Positions 17,989 through 28,850 of a stretch of DNA of 57,614 nt are shown in pieces. Made by a program: the position numbers and the translations under genes. The stretch spans positions 1 to 57,614 of IMG/VR virus record IMGVR_UViG_3300042934_000106, one strand, 5' to 3'. The stretch is from a virus (taxonomy: Duplodnaviria; Caudoviricetes). Under the pieces are notes generated by a model that saw nothing but the letters and a program-made list of their open reading frames with translations, was not told where the DNA came from and made no database searches. Numbering within the stretch: the stretch's first letter is position 1; every line of letters begins with the position of its first letter.

Positions 17989-19434
17989 ATGATTGTCCCT
18001 CCCAGTGGCTATTCGTCTGTTGGTCCACCTCAGACAGAGCTTGACTGGCTGGCCTTCCTTCAGGGGAAGATAACCAGTGGTAGAGAAGACATCCTCAAGT
18101 ACATTGCGTACTACGAGGGTGAGCAACAGAAGATGGCCTTTGCTCAGGCCCGGTACAAGAGTGCATTCCGGGATCTCTTCAACGACTGGCGAGACAACTT
18201 CTGTGGTCTCATCATCGACTCCGCTACAGAGCGGATGAGGGTAGATGGTTTCCGCATCCCATCAGAGGGTGGGATGAGCAAGGAAGCCCGGGAGTTCTGG
18301 CAGAGGAACAGTCTGGATTCACTGGCCAATGCGGTCCACCTGGACGCAATGGTGCAGGGCAAGGCTTACGTTGTGGTCTGGGGTGACTCCAATGGGGAGC
18401 CCATTGTTACCCCTGTCTCTGCTGAGGAAATGGCAGTCCAGTACAAACCCGGCTCGCTCACCGAGCTGGAGGCCGCGGCTCGCTTCTTCATGGACTCATG
18501 GGGACGTACATGGGTGACGTTGTGGACCGAGACCTACGTCTATGAGGTTCCTCTTGGCAACACCATGTGGGAGCAGGGAGAGAGGAAACCGAACCCTTTT
18601 AAGAGGGTTCCAGTCGTCCCCTTCCACAACAGGTCTCGCATCAATGGTGAGCCTTACTCGGATCTTGCTAACGTCATCCCCATTCAGGATGCGGTCAACA
18701 AGATCACATCTGATGCCCTCCTGGCTTCTGAATTTGCGGCCTGGCCCCAGAGGTGGGTTACTGGCCTGGAAATCCAGGAGGATGAGAACGGCAACGCAAA
18801 GCCTCCCTACGACGTTGGTGTGGACAAGCTTCTTCAGGCCGAGAATCCCGAGGTTGTATTCGGCCAGTTCGAAGCAAGTGACCTCAGTAACTACGTCAAC
18901 TTCATCAATCTTCTGGTACAGCACCTTAGTTCTGTATCCAGGACCCCAAGCCATTATTTCCTGGTTAACCAGGGCACCGCTCCTTCCGGTGAGGCGATTA
19001 TCAGCGCTGAGGCCGGCCTTGTCTCCAAGGTGAAGGAGCGGATGCTGTACTTCGGGGAAGCCTGGGAGCAGGTGATTCGACTGTGCTTCCAGATCAAGAA
19101 AGACAAGAGGGCTGACGAGGTCGCTCTTGAAACTGTGTGGGCTGATCCTGAGTACAGAACTGAGGCCCAGCACATTGATGCTCTGCTCAAGCTGAAGCAG
19201 CTCAACGTTCCCGAGGAAATCTTGTGGATGCGAGCTGGCTTCTCGTCTGCCGAAATCGAGATGTTCCGCGAAATGCGGAAGGACGATGCTAAGGCAGCCA
19301 AGGAAGTGTCAGAGCTTGGTCCCCAGGCACCTCAGCCTGGTGCCCCTGGAGAAGGCAAGGCAGCCGCAATGGCGAACAAGCCGCCTCAGGGCAACTCTGG
19401 GAATGTCTCCCGGAAGCTCAACGAAAAGAAGTAA
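17989..19434 (+). CDS. Portal protein (SPP1 gp6-like)
   Basis: YYEGEQ, VPVVPFHN, SGEAI; position. Confidence 0.92.
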   Translation: MIVPPSGYSSVGPPQTELDWLAFLQGKITSGREDILKYIAYYEGEQQKMAFAQARYKSAFRDLFNDWRDNFCGLIIDSATERMRVDGFRIPSEGGMSKEAREFWQRNSLDSLANAVHLDAMVQGKAYVVVWGDSNGEPIVTPVSAEEMAVQYKPGSLTELEAAARFFMDSWGRTWVTLWTETYVYEVPLGNTMWEQGERKPNPFKRVPVVPFHNRSRINGEPYSDLANVIPIQDAVNKITSDALLASEFAAWPQRWVTGLEIQEDENGNAKPPYDVGVDKLLQAENPEVVFGQFEASDLSNYVNFINLLVQHLSSVSRTPSHYFLVNQGTAPSGEAIISAEAGLVSKVKERMLYFGEAWEQVIRLCFQIKKDKRADEVALETVWADPEYRTEAQHIDALLKLKQLNVPEEILWMRAGFSSAEIEMFREMRKDDAKAAKEVSELGPQAPQPGAPGEGKAAAMANKPPQGNSGNVSRKLNEKK

Positions 19435-19498
19435 CACACTGAAGCGCATGCCGGCCAACCGAAATGGGAGGTCGGTCTAACCGAAATGGGATGAGCGC

Positions 19499-20059
19499 AT
19501 GCCTGAAGAGAACACGACCGAGACGACCACCACGGAGACCACGACTACTGAGACCTCGTCTCAGGAGCCGAAGACTCCCACCACTCTGGAAGAGGCTCTG
19601 GCCCTTCTGGAGAAGGAGCGGGAGAACACCACGAAGTGGAAGGGCCTGTCTCGACAGAACGAGGACAACTACAGGGCTGTCTCCAAGGAGCGAGACGACC
19701 TCAAGGCGTCCCAGATGACCGATGCAGAGAAGGCTATTGAAGCCGCACGCACTGAGGGCCGGAATTCCGCACTCAGTGAGGTGGGCACAGACCTGGTTAC
19801 CGCCGAAATGGCGCTTCAGGCTGCTACGGCTGGAGTCACTCTGCCCCCGGCTGAGTTCCTGGACTACTCCAAGTTTTTTGGAGATGACGGACGTCCGAGC
19901 AAGGACAAGGTCAAGACGTTTGTGGAGTCCCTTCCCAAGGCCAGGGAAGAGTTCCCCAACCTTCAGGGTGCCGGCAAGCAGACCGGTGGCGTCCCTGAGA
20001 TTACGACCATGGACCCCAAGGAGCTTGCAGACATCATCTCGGACGGGTCGATCATCTAA
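19499..20059 (+). CDS. Capsid scaffolding protein
   Basis: KWKGLSRQNE motif, coiled coil, position. Confidence 0.85.
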   Translation: MPEENTTETTTTETTTTETSSQEPKTPTTLEEALALLEKERENTTKWKGLSRQNEDNYRAVSKERDDLKASQMTDAEKAIEAARTEGRNSALSEVGTDLVTAEMALQAATAGVTLPPAEFLDYSKFFGDDGRPSKDKVKTFVESLPKAREEFPNLQGAGKQTGGVPEITTMDPKELADIISDGSII

Positions 20060-20078
20060 CACCCTCTAACCATCTGTG

Positions 20079-20106
20079 AGCCCTCCACCTCCGGAGGGCT
20101 TTTTTC
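20079..20106 (+). terminator. Intrinsic terminator just upstream of capsid gene
   Basis: AGCCCTCC/GGAGGGCT plus TTTTT. Confidence 0.7.
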
Positions 20107-20127
20107 ATGCCCTTTTGGAGGCCGTAC

Positions 20128-21216
20128 ATGGCTACTACGCACCACTTTAATCTTGACCCCAAGCAGGTCACCATTGCTGCTCTGGGTCTGCTTGACCGAC
20201 AGCTCACCCTTGGTTCTATCCCGGCTCGTTACTCTGAGCTGAACTTTGAAGGTGGCCTGGGTGACGTGATTAACGTCAACCGTCCGAGCCGCTCCATTCC
20301 GGTGCAGGAGACTGGCGTCTCTAACATCATCAAGAACACCATCACTGGTGACAAGAACGTCTTTGCCGCTGCTGCTGAGCGTCCGGACCCGACCAGCCGG
20401 CGGGCCCCGAACGGTTTCATCAACGAGACCCGATTCCCGGTCCAGCTCACGACTTTGGTCCAGAATGCCTCTCCGCTTTCGATGGAGCAGGTTGCTTTTG
20501 ACCTGAAGAAGTTCGGTGGTCAGATTCTGGCTCCGCTCACCCGCGGTATGGCTGAGTACTTTGATGACACCATTGCGGCCTGGATCAAGGCCAACATCAC
20601 GCGTGGGGGCCTGACCACGGCTCAGAAGAACGTCGTTGGTGGTGACGTTGAGGTTTCCATTCCGCAGTACGACGGCACCCGAGAGAACATGATGGAGCGT
20701 GCGCTTCGTCTGCGTACCGCGTTCGTTGATGCTCGTCTGGCTCTTCGTCGGGCGAACGTTCCAGACTCTGAGCGCTACGTCATTGCCGGCCCCGAGGTTG
20801 AGGCCATCCTTCTGAAGGACCCCGAGTTTGTGAGTGTCGACTACAGCGGAGACACCAACGCCCTTCGTCGGGCCACCATCGGTTCCTTCTACGGCTTCGA
20901 TGTCGTGATTCACAACTCGTTCGACCTGGAGATGTACTTCTTCCACAAGAGTGCCTTCCTCCTGGCCACCGTTTGCCCGGCTATCCCGATGGGTGCGGTC
21001 ACCGGTTCTGTCCAGTCCGTCAACGGCATTGCCACCCGCATGCTGGTCGACTACGACTACGACAAGAAGGCCGACACCATCGGCCTGGACACGATGTACG
21101 GCTTCACCACCATCAAGGAAGACCCGGACTACAACGTCCGCGGCACCGTGATCGGTGAGAAGTTCGTCCGTGGTCTGAAGGTGAACATCACCGAGGTTGC
21201 TCCGGTAACTCCGTAA
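20128..21216 (+). CDS. Major capsid protein
   Basis: GGAGG RBS; P22-coat-like actinophage capsid motifs (GDVINV, G.FYGFDV, DTMYG). Confidence 0.9.
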   Translation: MATTHHFNLDPKQVTIAALGLLDRQLTLGSIPARYSELNFEGGLGDVINVNRPSRSIPVQETGVSNIIKNTITGDKNVFAAAAERPDPTSRRAPNGFINETRFPVQLTTLVQNASPLSMEQVAFDLKKFGGQILAPLTRGMAEYFDDTIAAWIKANITRGGLTTAQKNVVGGDVEVSIPQYDGTRENMMERALRLRTAFVDARLALRRANVPDSERYVIAGPEVEAILLKDPEFVSVDYSGDTNALRRATIGSFYGFDVVIHNSFDLEMYFFHKSAFLLATVCPAIPMGAVTGSVQSVNGIATRMLVDYDYDKKADTIGLDTMYGFTTIKEDPDYNVRGTVIGEKFVRGLKVNITEVAPVTP

Positions 21217-21248
21217 TTCAGCCTTCCCTTTGAAGGGAGGGATGACTA

Positions 21249-21806
21249 GTGGCCTTTGTCACTGTTGAAGAGGTGGCCACCCGTCTTGGGTGGCCCCTCA
21301 CCCCTGAAGAGGAAGCCAAGGTCCAGGCTTTCATTGATGACTGCACTGTCCTCATTGAGGACTACTGCGGTAAGGACTTCGAGCGTCGGACGAACCAGAG
21401 TTTCCAGCTCCCCGCCACAGGGAGCTGCTTCCTCAAGGTTCCCCGCCGGTATCTTCCCTTCCTCCAGGTGGACCAGGTCCAGCTTGGTACCGAGGTCATC
21501 ACTGACTGGGTGCTCAACGACCTGGAGGTTGGTCTCTACCGCTCTGCCGGCTGGCCTCAGCCAGTCACCATCACGGGATCGTGGGGCTACTTCACTCCCC
21601 CGGCAGTCCTCAAGACTGCTACCGCGGCTGAGGTCATCAGGTGGATGGCTCAGACTCCTGGTCTTGCCATGGAACGGACTGGAGAACGAGAGGTCGAGTT
21701 CGCTACGTCCTCGTCTCCTCAGTCTCTGTCTGCTGCTGCCATGCAGGCCCTGCGTAGGTACCGGCCTTCAGCCGGGACCATCACCCTCAAGCGGGGTGAC
21801 TGCTGA
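21249..21806 (+). CDS. Head-to-tail adaptor
   Basis: Position; IEDYCG, SWGY..PP. Confidence 0.75.
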   Translation: MAFVTVEEVATRLGWPLTPEEEAKVQAFIDDCTVLIEDYCGKDFERRTNQSFQLPATGSCFLKVPRRYLPFLQVDQVQLGTEVITDWVLNDLEVGLYRSAGWPQPVTITGSWGYFTPPAVLKTATAAEVIRWMAQTPGLAMERTGEREVEFATSSSPQSLSAAAMQALRRYRPSAGTITLKRGDC

Positions 21807-22135
21807 TGAGTCAGTGGGACGAGCTTGTAGAGGTCTACAGAGCCGACAAGGTTGAAGGTGCCTACTCCACCAAGCTGGACTGGACTAATCCCATCCTGGT
21901 CCTCACTTCGAGGGCCAGTGTCCAGCCTGACAGGAACTTCGAGATGAGGTCCCCTGAACGGGACTTGGCTCAGGAGCGGCTCAACGTCTTCATTCCCTAC
22001 ACCACGGTCATTGACGACCAGCACAGGGTGAAGCGGCGAGGTCTCTGGTACGAGATTGACGGACCTCCTGACCTCTGGCCCTACGGCTCTACCCGTCACA
22101 CCCTGCTGAAAATCTGGAGGGCGAAAAACGGATGA
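21806..22135 (+). CDS. Head-to-tail stopper
   Basis: SVQP...YEIDGPP.W. Confidence 0.75.
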   Translation: MSQWDELVEVYRADKVEGAYSTKLDWTNPILVLTSRASVQPDRNFEMRSPERDLAQERLNVFIPYTTVIDDQHRVKRRGLWYEIDGPPDLWPYGSTRHTLLKIWRAKNG

Positions 22136-22482
22136 GCAATGACTTCAAGATGACGTGGGACAAGGGATTTGAGAACAGGATGCTCTCAACCCTGGAGGCA
22201 GGTGCCCTGGTCGCCGAAGTCACTGGAGAGATCCGGGACATGGCTATCAGGGATGCCCCTCGTTCCAGGACGACCAGAACGAACTGGAACCAGATCAAGA
22301 AGAACATCTCTGCCTTTGTTGAGAAGGATGTCAAGGGTTACTACGGCAACGTCACCATTGAAGACAATGACCGTGTCCGTCACGCTCTTCTTCAGAACTA
22401 CGGATGGACCGACCGTAAGGGCCGTAAGCACCCCGGCAAGAAGTTCCTCCAAGAGGTGCTGCTGAAGGCGAGGGTTGACTGA
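22132..22482 (+). CDS. Neck/tail completion protein (HK97 gp10-like)
   Basis: Position; DAP..., YG...PGKKFL. Confidence 0.65.
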   Translation: MSNDFKMTWDKGFENRMLSTLEAGALVAEVTGEIRDMAIRDAPRSRTTRTNWNQIKKNISAFVEKDVKGYYGNVTIEDNDRVRHALLQNYGWTDRKGRKHPGKKFLQEVLLKARVD

Positions 22483-22862
22483 TGGACCCTATTACTTCTG
22501 TGGTCACCTTCCTGAGAAGTGTTCCTGACCTCCCTCCTGGCTCTGTGACGGGCGATATGAACGCCCGTGAAGTCGGAGACCCAACCACTTATGTGGAGGC
22601 CGCAGGCGGCTACCTGGCTCTTCGAGATTCCATGTCCAGGTTCTACGTCTACTACGAGTGCTATGACCTGGATAGAGAGGTGGCCTCTCAAAGGGCCTAC
22701 CTAGTGCGGAGACATCTCCTCAGAGGTCTTCGTGACACCACTGTCGGAGGTCTGTACTTCCTGGATTCCAGGGAAGAGGAGATGCCTCATTACGACCCCG
22801 ATGACGCTTCCCGAGAACACGTGTACTGCGGGGAGGTTTCCCTGTTCTACGTAGAACCCTGA
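22482..22862 (+). CDS. Tail terminator
   Basis: Position and size. Confidence 0.7.
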   Translation: MDPITSVVTFLRSVPDLPPGSVTGDMNAREVGDPTTYVEAAGGYLALRDSMSRFYVYYECYDLDREVASQRAYLVRRHLLRGLRDTTVGGLYFLDSREEEMPHYDPDDASREHVYCGEVSLFYVEP

Positions 22863-22871
22863 GGAGTTTTT

Positions 22872-23471
22872 ATGGCTAACACTGATGCCGGTAAGATCCG
22901 GTTTGCCCCTTCGGGCATGCTCTCTATCGCCCCTACTGGGGGCTCTCTTGTGGTCCCGGCTGAGGTCGGTGATGGCGGGGACACCATTCCTGCCGGCTAC
23001 AAGGCGCTTGGTTATGTGACTGAAGAGGGTGTCACTCTGACCCCGACCATTCAGACCACGCCTCACAATGCCTGGCAGTCCGCGGCCCCGGTGATTTACA
23101 ACGTCGACAGTGCTGCGTTCCAGGTTCAGGCAACCCTCATGGAGGCTTCGAAGATCGTCACTGAGACGTTCTTCGGTACCAAGTGGGAAGAGGTCATGGA
23201 GGACGTTGGCGGTACTCCGACCCCCACGGGTACCTACAAGCTGAACCTCTCCAGCCTGCCTGAGCTTGTTGAGTTCAGCCTTGTTGTGGACTGGAAGCAG
23301 GGTGGTCATTTCTGGAGGACCGTCCTCAACCGGTCCATGGTCTCTGAGCGAGGTGCTATCACCCTTCAGCGGACTCAGTCGAAGCAGTTCCAGCTCACGA
23401 TTGACGCCATGGACCTTGATGGGTCCCTGGGTGATGTCTACACCAACGAGGTCATGACTGACACCCCGTGA
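22872..23471 (+). CDS. Major tail protein
   Basis: LGYVTEEGVT..., AWQS. Confidence 0.88.
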   Translation: MANTDAGKIRFAPSGMLSIAPTGGSLVVPAEVGDGGDTIPAGYKALGYVTEEGVTLTPTIQTTPHNAWQSAAPVIYNVDSAAFQVQATLMEASKIVTETFFGTKWEEVMEDVGGTPTPTGTYKLNLSSLPELVEFSLVVDWKQGGHFWRTVLNRSMVSERGAITLQRTQSKQFQLTIDAMDLDGSLGDVYTNEVMTDTP

Positions 23472-23539
23472 TGTGCCGTCTTGCCGGGAGACGTTAAACC
23501 CCGGCACTCTCACTCACTCACTTGTTCAGGAGATTCACC

Positions 23540-23869
23540 ATGGCTGCTCCCCGTAAGACTGCTGCATCCAAGACTTCCTCGCTTGCTGCGAAGCAGGCTG
23601 AGGCTACTCACGACCAGAAGACCGAGGATGAGGCTCCCAAGACCGCTGAGTTCGAGTACAAGGGCACCGCTTACACGGTGCCGGCTGACCCTCTGGACAT
23701 GCCCCTTGAGGTCGCCTACGCCGAGTCTGAGGTTGATGTCATTGAGGCCATCGTTGGCCCGGACCAGTGGGTAACGTTCCGCAAGTCCCGACCGACCATG
23801 CGGGAGTTCGGCGCCTTTGCTGACCTGGTCCTCAAGGCGTCTGGGCAGGGTGACGAAGAGGGAAACTGA
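23540..23869 (+). CDS. Tail assembly chaperone (G)
   Basis: Ends ...EEGN* at slippery GGGAAAC 23860-23866. Confidence 0.85.
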   Translation: MAAPRKTAASKTSSLAAKQAEATHDQKTEDEAPKTAEFEYKGTAYTVPADPLDMPLEVAYAESEVDVIEAIVGPDQWVTFRKSRPTMREFGAFADLVLKASGQGDEEGN

Positions 23870-24285
23870 TTCTGGTCGTCCGTGTCCTACAGGAGTTCTA
23901 TGACGAACTCGAAGCAGACCTTAGGGAGTTCTTCCAAGAGGATCTGAACGACCTGTGGCGCGGACGGCTTTCGTTTCGAAAGATCGGCTCCTACATCAAG
24001 TCCCTGATGAAGAAGCCCGGGAGATCCACTCTCCTCATGTCCCTGGACGAGTCCGCAGAGTGGACCCCGGAGATGTACGTCCTGGCTCGCATCAGCGACG
24101 CAGAAGAGGTGTCCAACTATCTCTTCCTCCAAGCCAACTCTGCTGAGGATGCAGAACCTATTGACGCTCCTCGCCCCATTCCTCGTCCTGGTGAGCCTGA
24201 CGAGCCTGAACCTGAGAAGCCCAAACCGGAGGACTTTGCTAGTGGTCAAGAGGTGGCTGCTTTCTTCCAGAGATTCAACGCCTAG
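23540..24285 (+). CDS. Tail assembly chaperone GT via -1 frameshift
   Basis: -1 frame after GGGAAAC open to 24285 (KLILVVRVLQEFYDELEADL...). Confidence 0.85.
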
Positions 24286-24293
24286 GAGGTTGC

Positions 24294-27200
24294 ATGGCCA
24301 CGACTGGAAGCGGACGCGGGCCGATCAAGGTTGGTTCGGGTTACATTGAGGTCTATCCCCGCATCGACGCAAAGAAGATGCGGGAGACCAAGGCTCAGCT
24401 TGAGAAGCAGATGGGAGCCTCTGGCAAGAAGGCCGGCAAGGCATTCTCTGACGGAGTGATCTCTCAGGTAGCCACCATTCCCAAGAAGGCCAAGGCTGCT
24501 GCTGACAAGGCTCAGAAGGAAATTCAGAAGTCTGCCCTAGACTCCAAGAAGGTGCTCTCCCGGATTGAGAAGGAGATCACCAAGCAGTACGGAACCGAGG
24601 CAGGCAAGCGGTTCCGTGAGGCTGCTGAGCTGGAGAAGAAGAAGCAGAAGCTTCTTCAGGGCACCTCCACTGAGGCCCGCAGGGCTCTTCGTCAGACCTT
24701 GCAGGAAGAGGAGAGGGCCGCTAGGACCACTGCACGGGCTTGGCAGCAGGCAGAGAAGGAACGGCTTCAGTTCATCCGAGACAGGCAGCGGGCTGCTGAG
24801 AGGGCAGCCCGTGAAGAGACTGCGGCTTACCGTCGTGCCCAGCAGGAGCAGAGGGCTGAACTTCGCAGGACTCTAACGGAGATGCGGACGGCTCGTCTGG
24901 CAGACCTCCGGTCCCAGGCTGACGCTCACCGGACTCAGATTGCCCAGCTCCGCGGACAGCTCCAGGGCTACCGCCGGCAGATGCAGGACCACACCAGGTC
25001 TGTGGGCCGAAGCCTTGCCACGCTTCGGACCAGTTGGAACAAGCAGGGCACTGCCATTGAGCAGCTCGGTACCAACATCACTGAGACTGGCCGGCTGGTT
25101 GGGACTCAGCTCCTGGCCCCGCTTGCTGCTGTCTCCGGGATGCTTACCACCATCGGTGTGAAGTCTGCGGATATGCGCATTCTCGGTCAGATGGGTCTGT
25201 CTGCTGCTGGAGTAGACAAGAAGCAGTCCGCTGCTCAGATGAATGCCATTCAGCAGTACGCCATTGACACGCCTTTCAGTGTCGACACGATGCATGAATA
25301 CCAGATGAAGCTGATTCGCTCCATCGCTGGTAATGACGATGAGTGGTACAACAAGAACACGAAGACCAAGGCAGCCAACAGGGCTGCTGGGAAAACCACA
25401 GACATCATCATGTCCGTGGGTGACTCCATGGCTCAGGCAGGCAACCTGGACCCGAATATGTTTGCTCGGGCCATGTACGCCATTGACCGCATCATGGACC
25501 TTGACAAGGCTCCGACCAGGAACATCAACCAGCTTGTTCAGGCAACTGGTATTCCTGCGGGTGAGCTTGCCCGGATGTTCGGCTTTGAGAACGCGGGGGC
25601 CTTCTGGAAGCAGGTCGGTACTCCTGTCGCCAAGGGCGGTGGTATCAACGGTCAGGACATGGTCAACAACCTCCTTCAGCACTGGGACCCGAATTACTTC
25701 GTGCTGGACGAGAATGGCAAGCCGAAGATTGACCCCAAGTCTGGCCAGCCTATAGTCAACCCCAACTCCTCCAGGACTGGCGGTTCTGCTGGATACGGCG
25801 AGAAGATGACCTCTGCGACCATTACCGGTCGCATCTCCCAGATGAAGGAACAGGCCCAATTCAACCTGGGCTCACTCTTCGCTTCTGAGGACCCCAAGAC
25901 TGGTGAATACAAGTACACCAAGCTTGGCGAGTCCATCATGGGTACTGCTACAGGCAAGGACAAGCAGGGGAACACCATCTACGAAGGTGGTCTTCTTCAG
26001 CAGGTCCAAGACCTGATGTCTGGTCAGAAGGGGAATGTAATCAAGCTCCTCCAGACCTCCTTTGAGGCTCTGGGGACCTTCATTGAGCAGATTCAGAGCT
26101 TCTCTGACTGGCTCGACCAGCATCCTGAGATCAAGGATGGCTTGGCCGAGATGGTCAAGTTGGCCGTGGCCATCGCTCCGTATGTTCTGGCAATTGGTCT
26201 CGGTACCAAGCTTCTTGGCAAGTTCAACAAGATTCTAAGTGCCTCAATGGGACCCTTTGTTGCTCTGGGTAAGGGTGCTCGTGCTGCTACCCGCGGTGTC
26301 CGCCAGACTGCTGCCGGCGTCCGCTCTGCCAGGAACGGCGACGGCTTCCGTCAGGGCTACCGGGATCGACGTACCGAGCTGCGGGGTGGAGACACCCGCG
26401 GTCCCCTGGCCCGTACCAGGGACCGGATCACTGGTGAAGACTCTGGTCGTTCCCAGCTCACTCGTCAGATCCGTGAGACTGAGGACGCCATCAGGGCGTC
26501 TGAGGAGGAGCTGAGGCGCCTTCAGCGCCAGATCCGGGACACCAACTCTGTCTCCATCCGTCAGCAGATCGACCAATGGGCCGGCACTGGCAACGGAAAC
26601 CTCCAGGGTGCTGCTCAGAGCGCTGGTGGACAGATCCAGAACACTACGAACCAGATAAACCAGGTCAACCGACAGGGTCTTGGTCAGGTCTCTGGGGAGT
26701 TCTCTGGCCTGACTGACAAGGTCAAGGATCTCAACGACAAGATAGGCAAGTCCTCTTCCGAGCTGACTGACCTGAACGGCAAGAAGCTCACCTCTCTGAA
26801 GGTGGAGATCGATGGTACCCATGGGACTGTCACTGATCTGAAGAACGAGGTGCAGAACACCTCCTCTGCTGTTGGTGCTCTTAGCCGTCGAAAGCTCGAC
26901 ACCCTTCGGACCGAGTTCAACAAGTCCACTTCGGACGCCAACAAGTTCAAGGAGAAGGTGGACGATGCCCGAGGGGCTGTGAACAGTCTCAACGGCAGGA
27001 AGCTCAGCACTCTCCGCAAGGAATTCACGTCGCTGAAGACCGCGGTGAACGACGTGTACAAGCTCGTTGGCACCACCAAGTCCGGCCTCGCCGGCCGGGT
27101 GACGAACCTGGATCAGCGGAAGCTCGACAACGTCACTGGTCGGGTGAATGACCTTAAGGATGCCCTTGAAGAAGCCGGTGACAAGGCCGACAGGCTGAAC

Positions 27201-28835
27201 AAGTTCCTGAAGGACATTGCCGACAACGCCCCCGGTGACGGTGGCAGTGGTGGTGACTCCAAGAAGAAAAAGAGGAAGGCCACAGGTGGTGTCCTTACTG
27301 GATACACGCCTGGTAGGGACGTGCACTCCTTCTACTCCCCCACTGGCGGTCAGCTTGACCTCTCTGGTGGAGAGGCAGTCATGCGTCCTGAGTGGACTGC
27401 GGCTGTTGGCCCTCAGTACGTGAACCAGATGAACGCTATTGCTCGTGCCCAGGGTGCTTCCGGTATCCGTCGGGTGATGGCACATCAGCAGTTCGCTGAG
27501 GGTGGAGTCATTCAGAAACTGGGCCTTGACAGGCTCATTGAGTTTGCCAAGAGCTACAACGTGGGTCCGGATGTCTCGGCGTCCATCGCCACCATGGACA
27601 TGGACGCTTCCTCAAGGGCCCTTGGTGGTCCCGTTCAGGACGGGGTTGTTGGTACTGGTACCACGGCAAGCCACGGTGTAGGTCGTGACTTTGCCATGAA
27701 GTACAAGGGCATCTTCGACTTCATCTCCAAGGGCTCCTGGAAGTCCCTCAAGGGGCTTCCTACGGGCCTGGGACAGGTCGTAGGCATCGTTGGCGGTGCT
27801 CTCGCTCCTAGCGCGGGAGAGTACTTCTGGGACGATGTCTGGAAGGGTTCAGGAAACATCCTCGAACGAGGAAACAAGTTCATGGGGCACCTCTTCTCGG
27901 GTGAGAACATGAACAAGATTCTGACCGGCTTCTTCAAGGGCATCGTGGAGTCCGGCAAGGGAATCTGGGACATGGGCAAGGCTCTTGTCACAGACCCCTT
28001 TGGGACAGTGGAGGACGCCGTTGGTGGCGTCTTCGACCTGGTGTCGTCCGAGTACAACTCTTTGACTGGAATGGTCCAGGGACTTCGGGAGGTCTGGCGA
28101 TCCCCCAAAGACTATGCGGCGCGAGTCATCGCAGACACCTTCACCACGGCCAAGGAATCTCTTCCGAACCTGGAAGGGCTCTTTGACTTCAGTGGAGACA
28201 AGCTGGACGCCAAGCGTCCAGACGTAGAGGGTGCTGCTGACATCACCATGGGAATTCCTGGTGTTGGAGACAATGTTTCCCGCTGGACTCCCCAGGTCAA
28301 GATGGCTCTTGCCCAGCTTGGTCTTCCGATGTCGGATGTTCCGCTGGTGCTTCACCGAATCCAGGTGGAGTCCGGGGGTAACCCGAAGGCCATCAACCTG
28401 TGGGACAGCAACGCAAAGATGGGTCAGCCCTCTCAGGGTCTGATGCAGACCATTCCGAGCACCTTCAATGCGTATGCCGGCCCGTACCGCTCTCGGGGAA
28501 TCACTGACCCGATGGCAAGCATCTATGCCGGCCTCAACTACGCCACTCATCGCTATGGCTCCAAGTGGCGCCAGGCTCTCTCGGGAGTCAAGGGCTACTG
28601 GACTGGAACGCTTTCCGCGTCTCCTGGTCTCGCCCTGGTAGGCGAGAGGGGTCCGGAGCTGATGGACATGGGCCGAGGTGGTCAGAGGATTCTCAACAAC
28701 CAGGACACCGAATCCCTGTTGTCAGGCAAGCAGCCTGTGTCAATCACTGTCAATGAAGCCAAGCATGAGGTGACCCCTGACGCCGTGATCCGTGGCCTTC
28801 AGTGGTATGACGCCATGTACGGCAACCGACTGTAG
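24294..28835 (+). CDS. Tape measure protein with C-terminal lytic transglycosylase
   Basis: 1513 aa; ESGGNPKAINLWDSNA..G.PSQGLMQ. Confidence 0.95.
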   Translation: MATTGSGRGPIKVGSGYIEVYPRIDAKKMRETKAQLEKQMGASGKKAGKAFSDGVISQVATIPKKAKAAADKAQKEIQKSALDSKKVLSRIEKEITKQYGTEAGKRFREAAELEKKKQKLLQGTSTEARRALRQTLQEEERAARTTARAWQQAEKERLQFIRDRQRAAERAAREETAAYRRAQQEQRAELRRTLTEMRTARLADLRSQADAHRTQIAQLRGQLQGYRRQMQDHTRSVGRSLATLRTSWNKQGTAIEQLGTNITETGRLVGTQLLAPLAAVSGMLTTIGVKSADMRILGQMGLSAAGVDKKQSAAQMNAIQQYAIDTPFSVDTMHEYQMKLIRSIAGNDDEWYNKNTKTKAANRAAGKTTDIIMSVGDSMAQAGNLDPNMFARAMYAIDRIMDLDKAPTRNINQLVQATGIPAGELARMFGFENAGAFWKQVGTPVAKGGGINGQDMVNNLLQHWDPNYFVLDENGKPKIDPKSGQPIVNPNSSRTGGSAGYGEKMTSATITGRISQMKEQAQFNLGSLFASEDPKTGEYKYTKLGESIMGTATGKDKQGNTIYEGGLLQQVQDLMSGQKGNVIKLLQTSFEALGTFIEQIQSFSDWLDQHPEIKDGLAEMVKLAVAIAPYVLAIGLGTKLLGKFNKILSASMGPFVALGKGARAATRGVRQTAAGVRSARNGDGFRQGYRDRRTELRGGDTRGPLARTRDRITGEDSGRSQLTRQIRETEDAIRASEEELRRLQRQIRDTNSVSIRQQIDQWAGTGNGNLQGAAQSAGGQIQNTTNQINQVNRQGLGQVSGEFSGLTDKVKDLNDKIGKSSSELTDLNGKKLTSLKVEIDGTHGTVTDLKNEVQNTSSAVGALSRRKLDTLRTEFNKSTSDANKFKEKVDDARGAVNSLNGRKLSTLRKEFTSLKTAVNDVYKLVGTTKSGLAGRVTNLDQRKLDNVTGRVNDLKDALEEAGDKADRLNKFLKDIADNAPGDGGSGGDSKKKKRKATGGVLTGYTPGRDVHSFYSPTGGQLDLSGGEAVMRPEWTAAVGPQYVNQMNAIARAQGASGIRRVMAHQQFAEGGVIQKLGLDRLIEFAKSYNVGPDVSASIATMDMDASSRALGGPVQDGVVGTGTTASHGVGRDFAMKYKGIFDFISKGSWKSLKGLPTGLGQVVGIVGGALAPSAGEYFWDDVWKGSGNILERGNKFMGHLFSGENMNKILTGFFKGIVESGKGIWDMGKALVTDPFGTVEDAVGGVFDLVSSEYNSLTGMVQGLREVWRSPKDYAARVIADTFTTAKESLPNLEGLFDFSGDKLDAKRPDVEGAADITMGIPGVGDNVSRWTPQVKMALAQLGLPMSDVPLVLHRIQVESGGNPKAINLWDSNAKMGQPSQGLMQTIPSTFNAYAGPYRSRGITDPMASIYAGLNYATHRYGSKWRQALSGVKGYWTGTLSASPGLALVGERGPELMDMGRGGQRILNNQDTESLLSGKQPVSITVNEAKHEVTPDAVIRGLQWYDAMYGNRL

Positions 28836-28850
28836 AAATGAGGTGGCCGT

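Noticed and set aside
19505-19560. ACC/ACG/GAG tandem-like repeat
   Set aside because: Encodes the low-complexity Thr/Glu N-terminus of the scaffold protein
26244-27485. Long antisense ORFs (also 24873-25859, 34705-35832, 51405-52289)
   Set aside because: Shadow frames of GC3-biased real genes; no RBS or recognisable motifs
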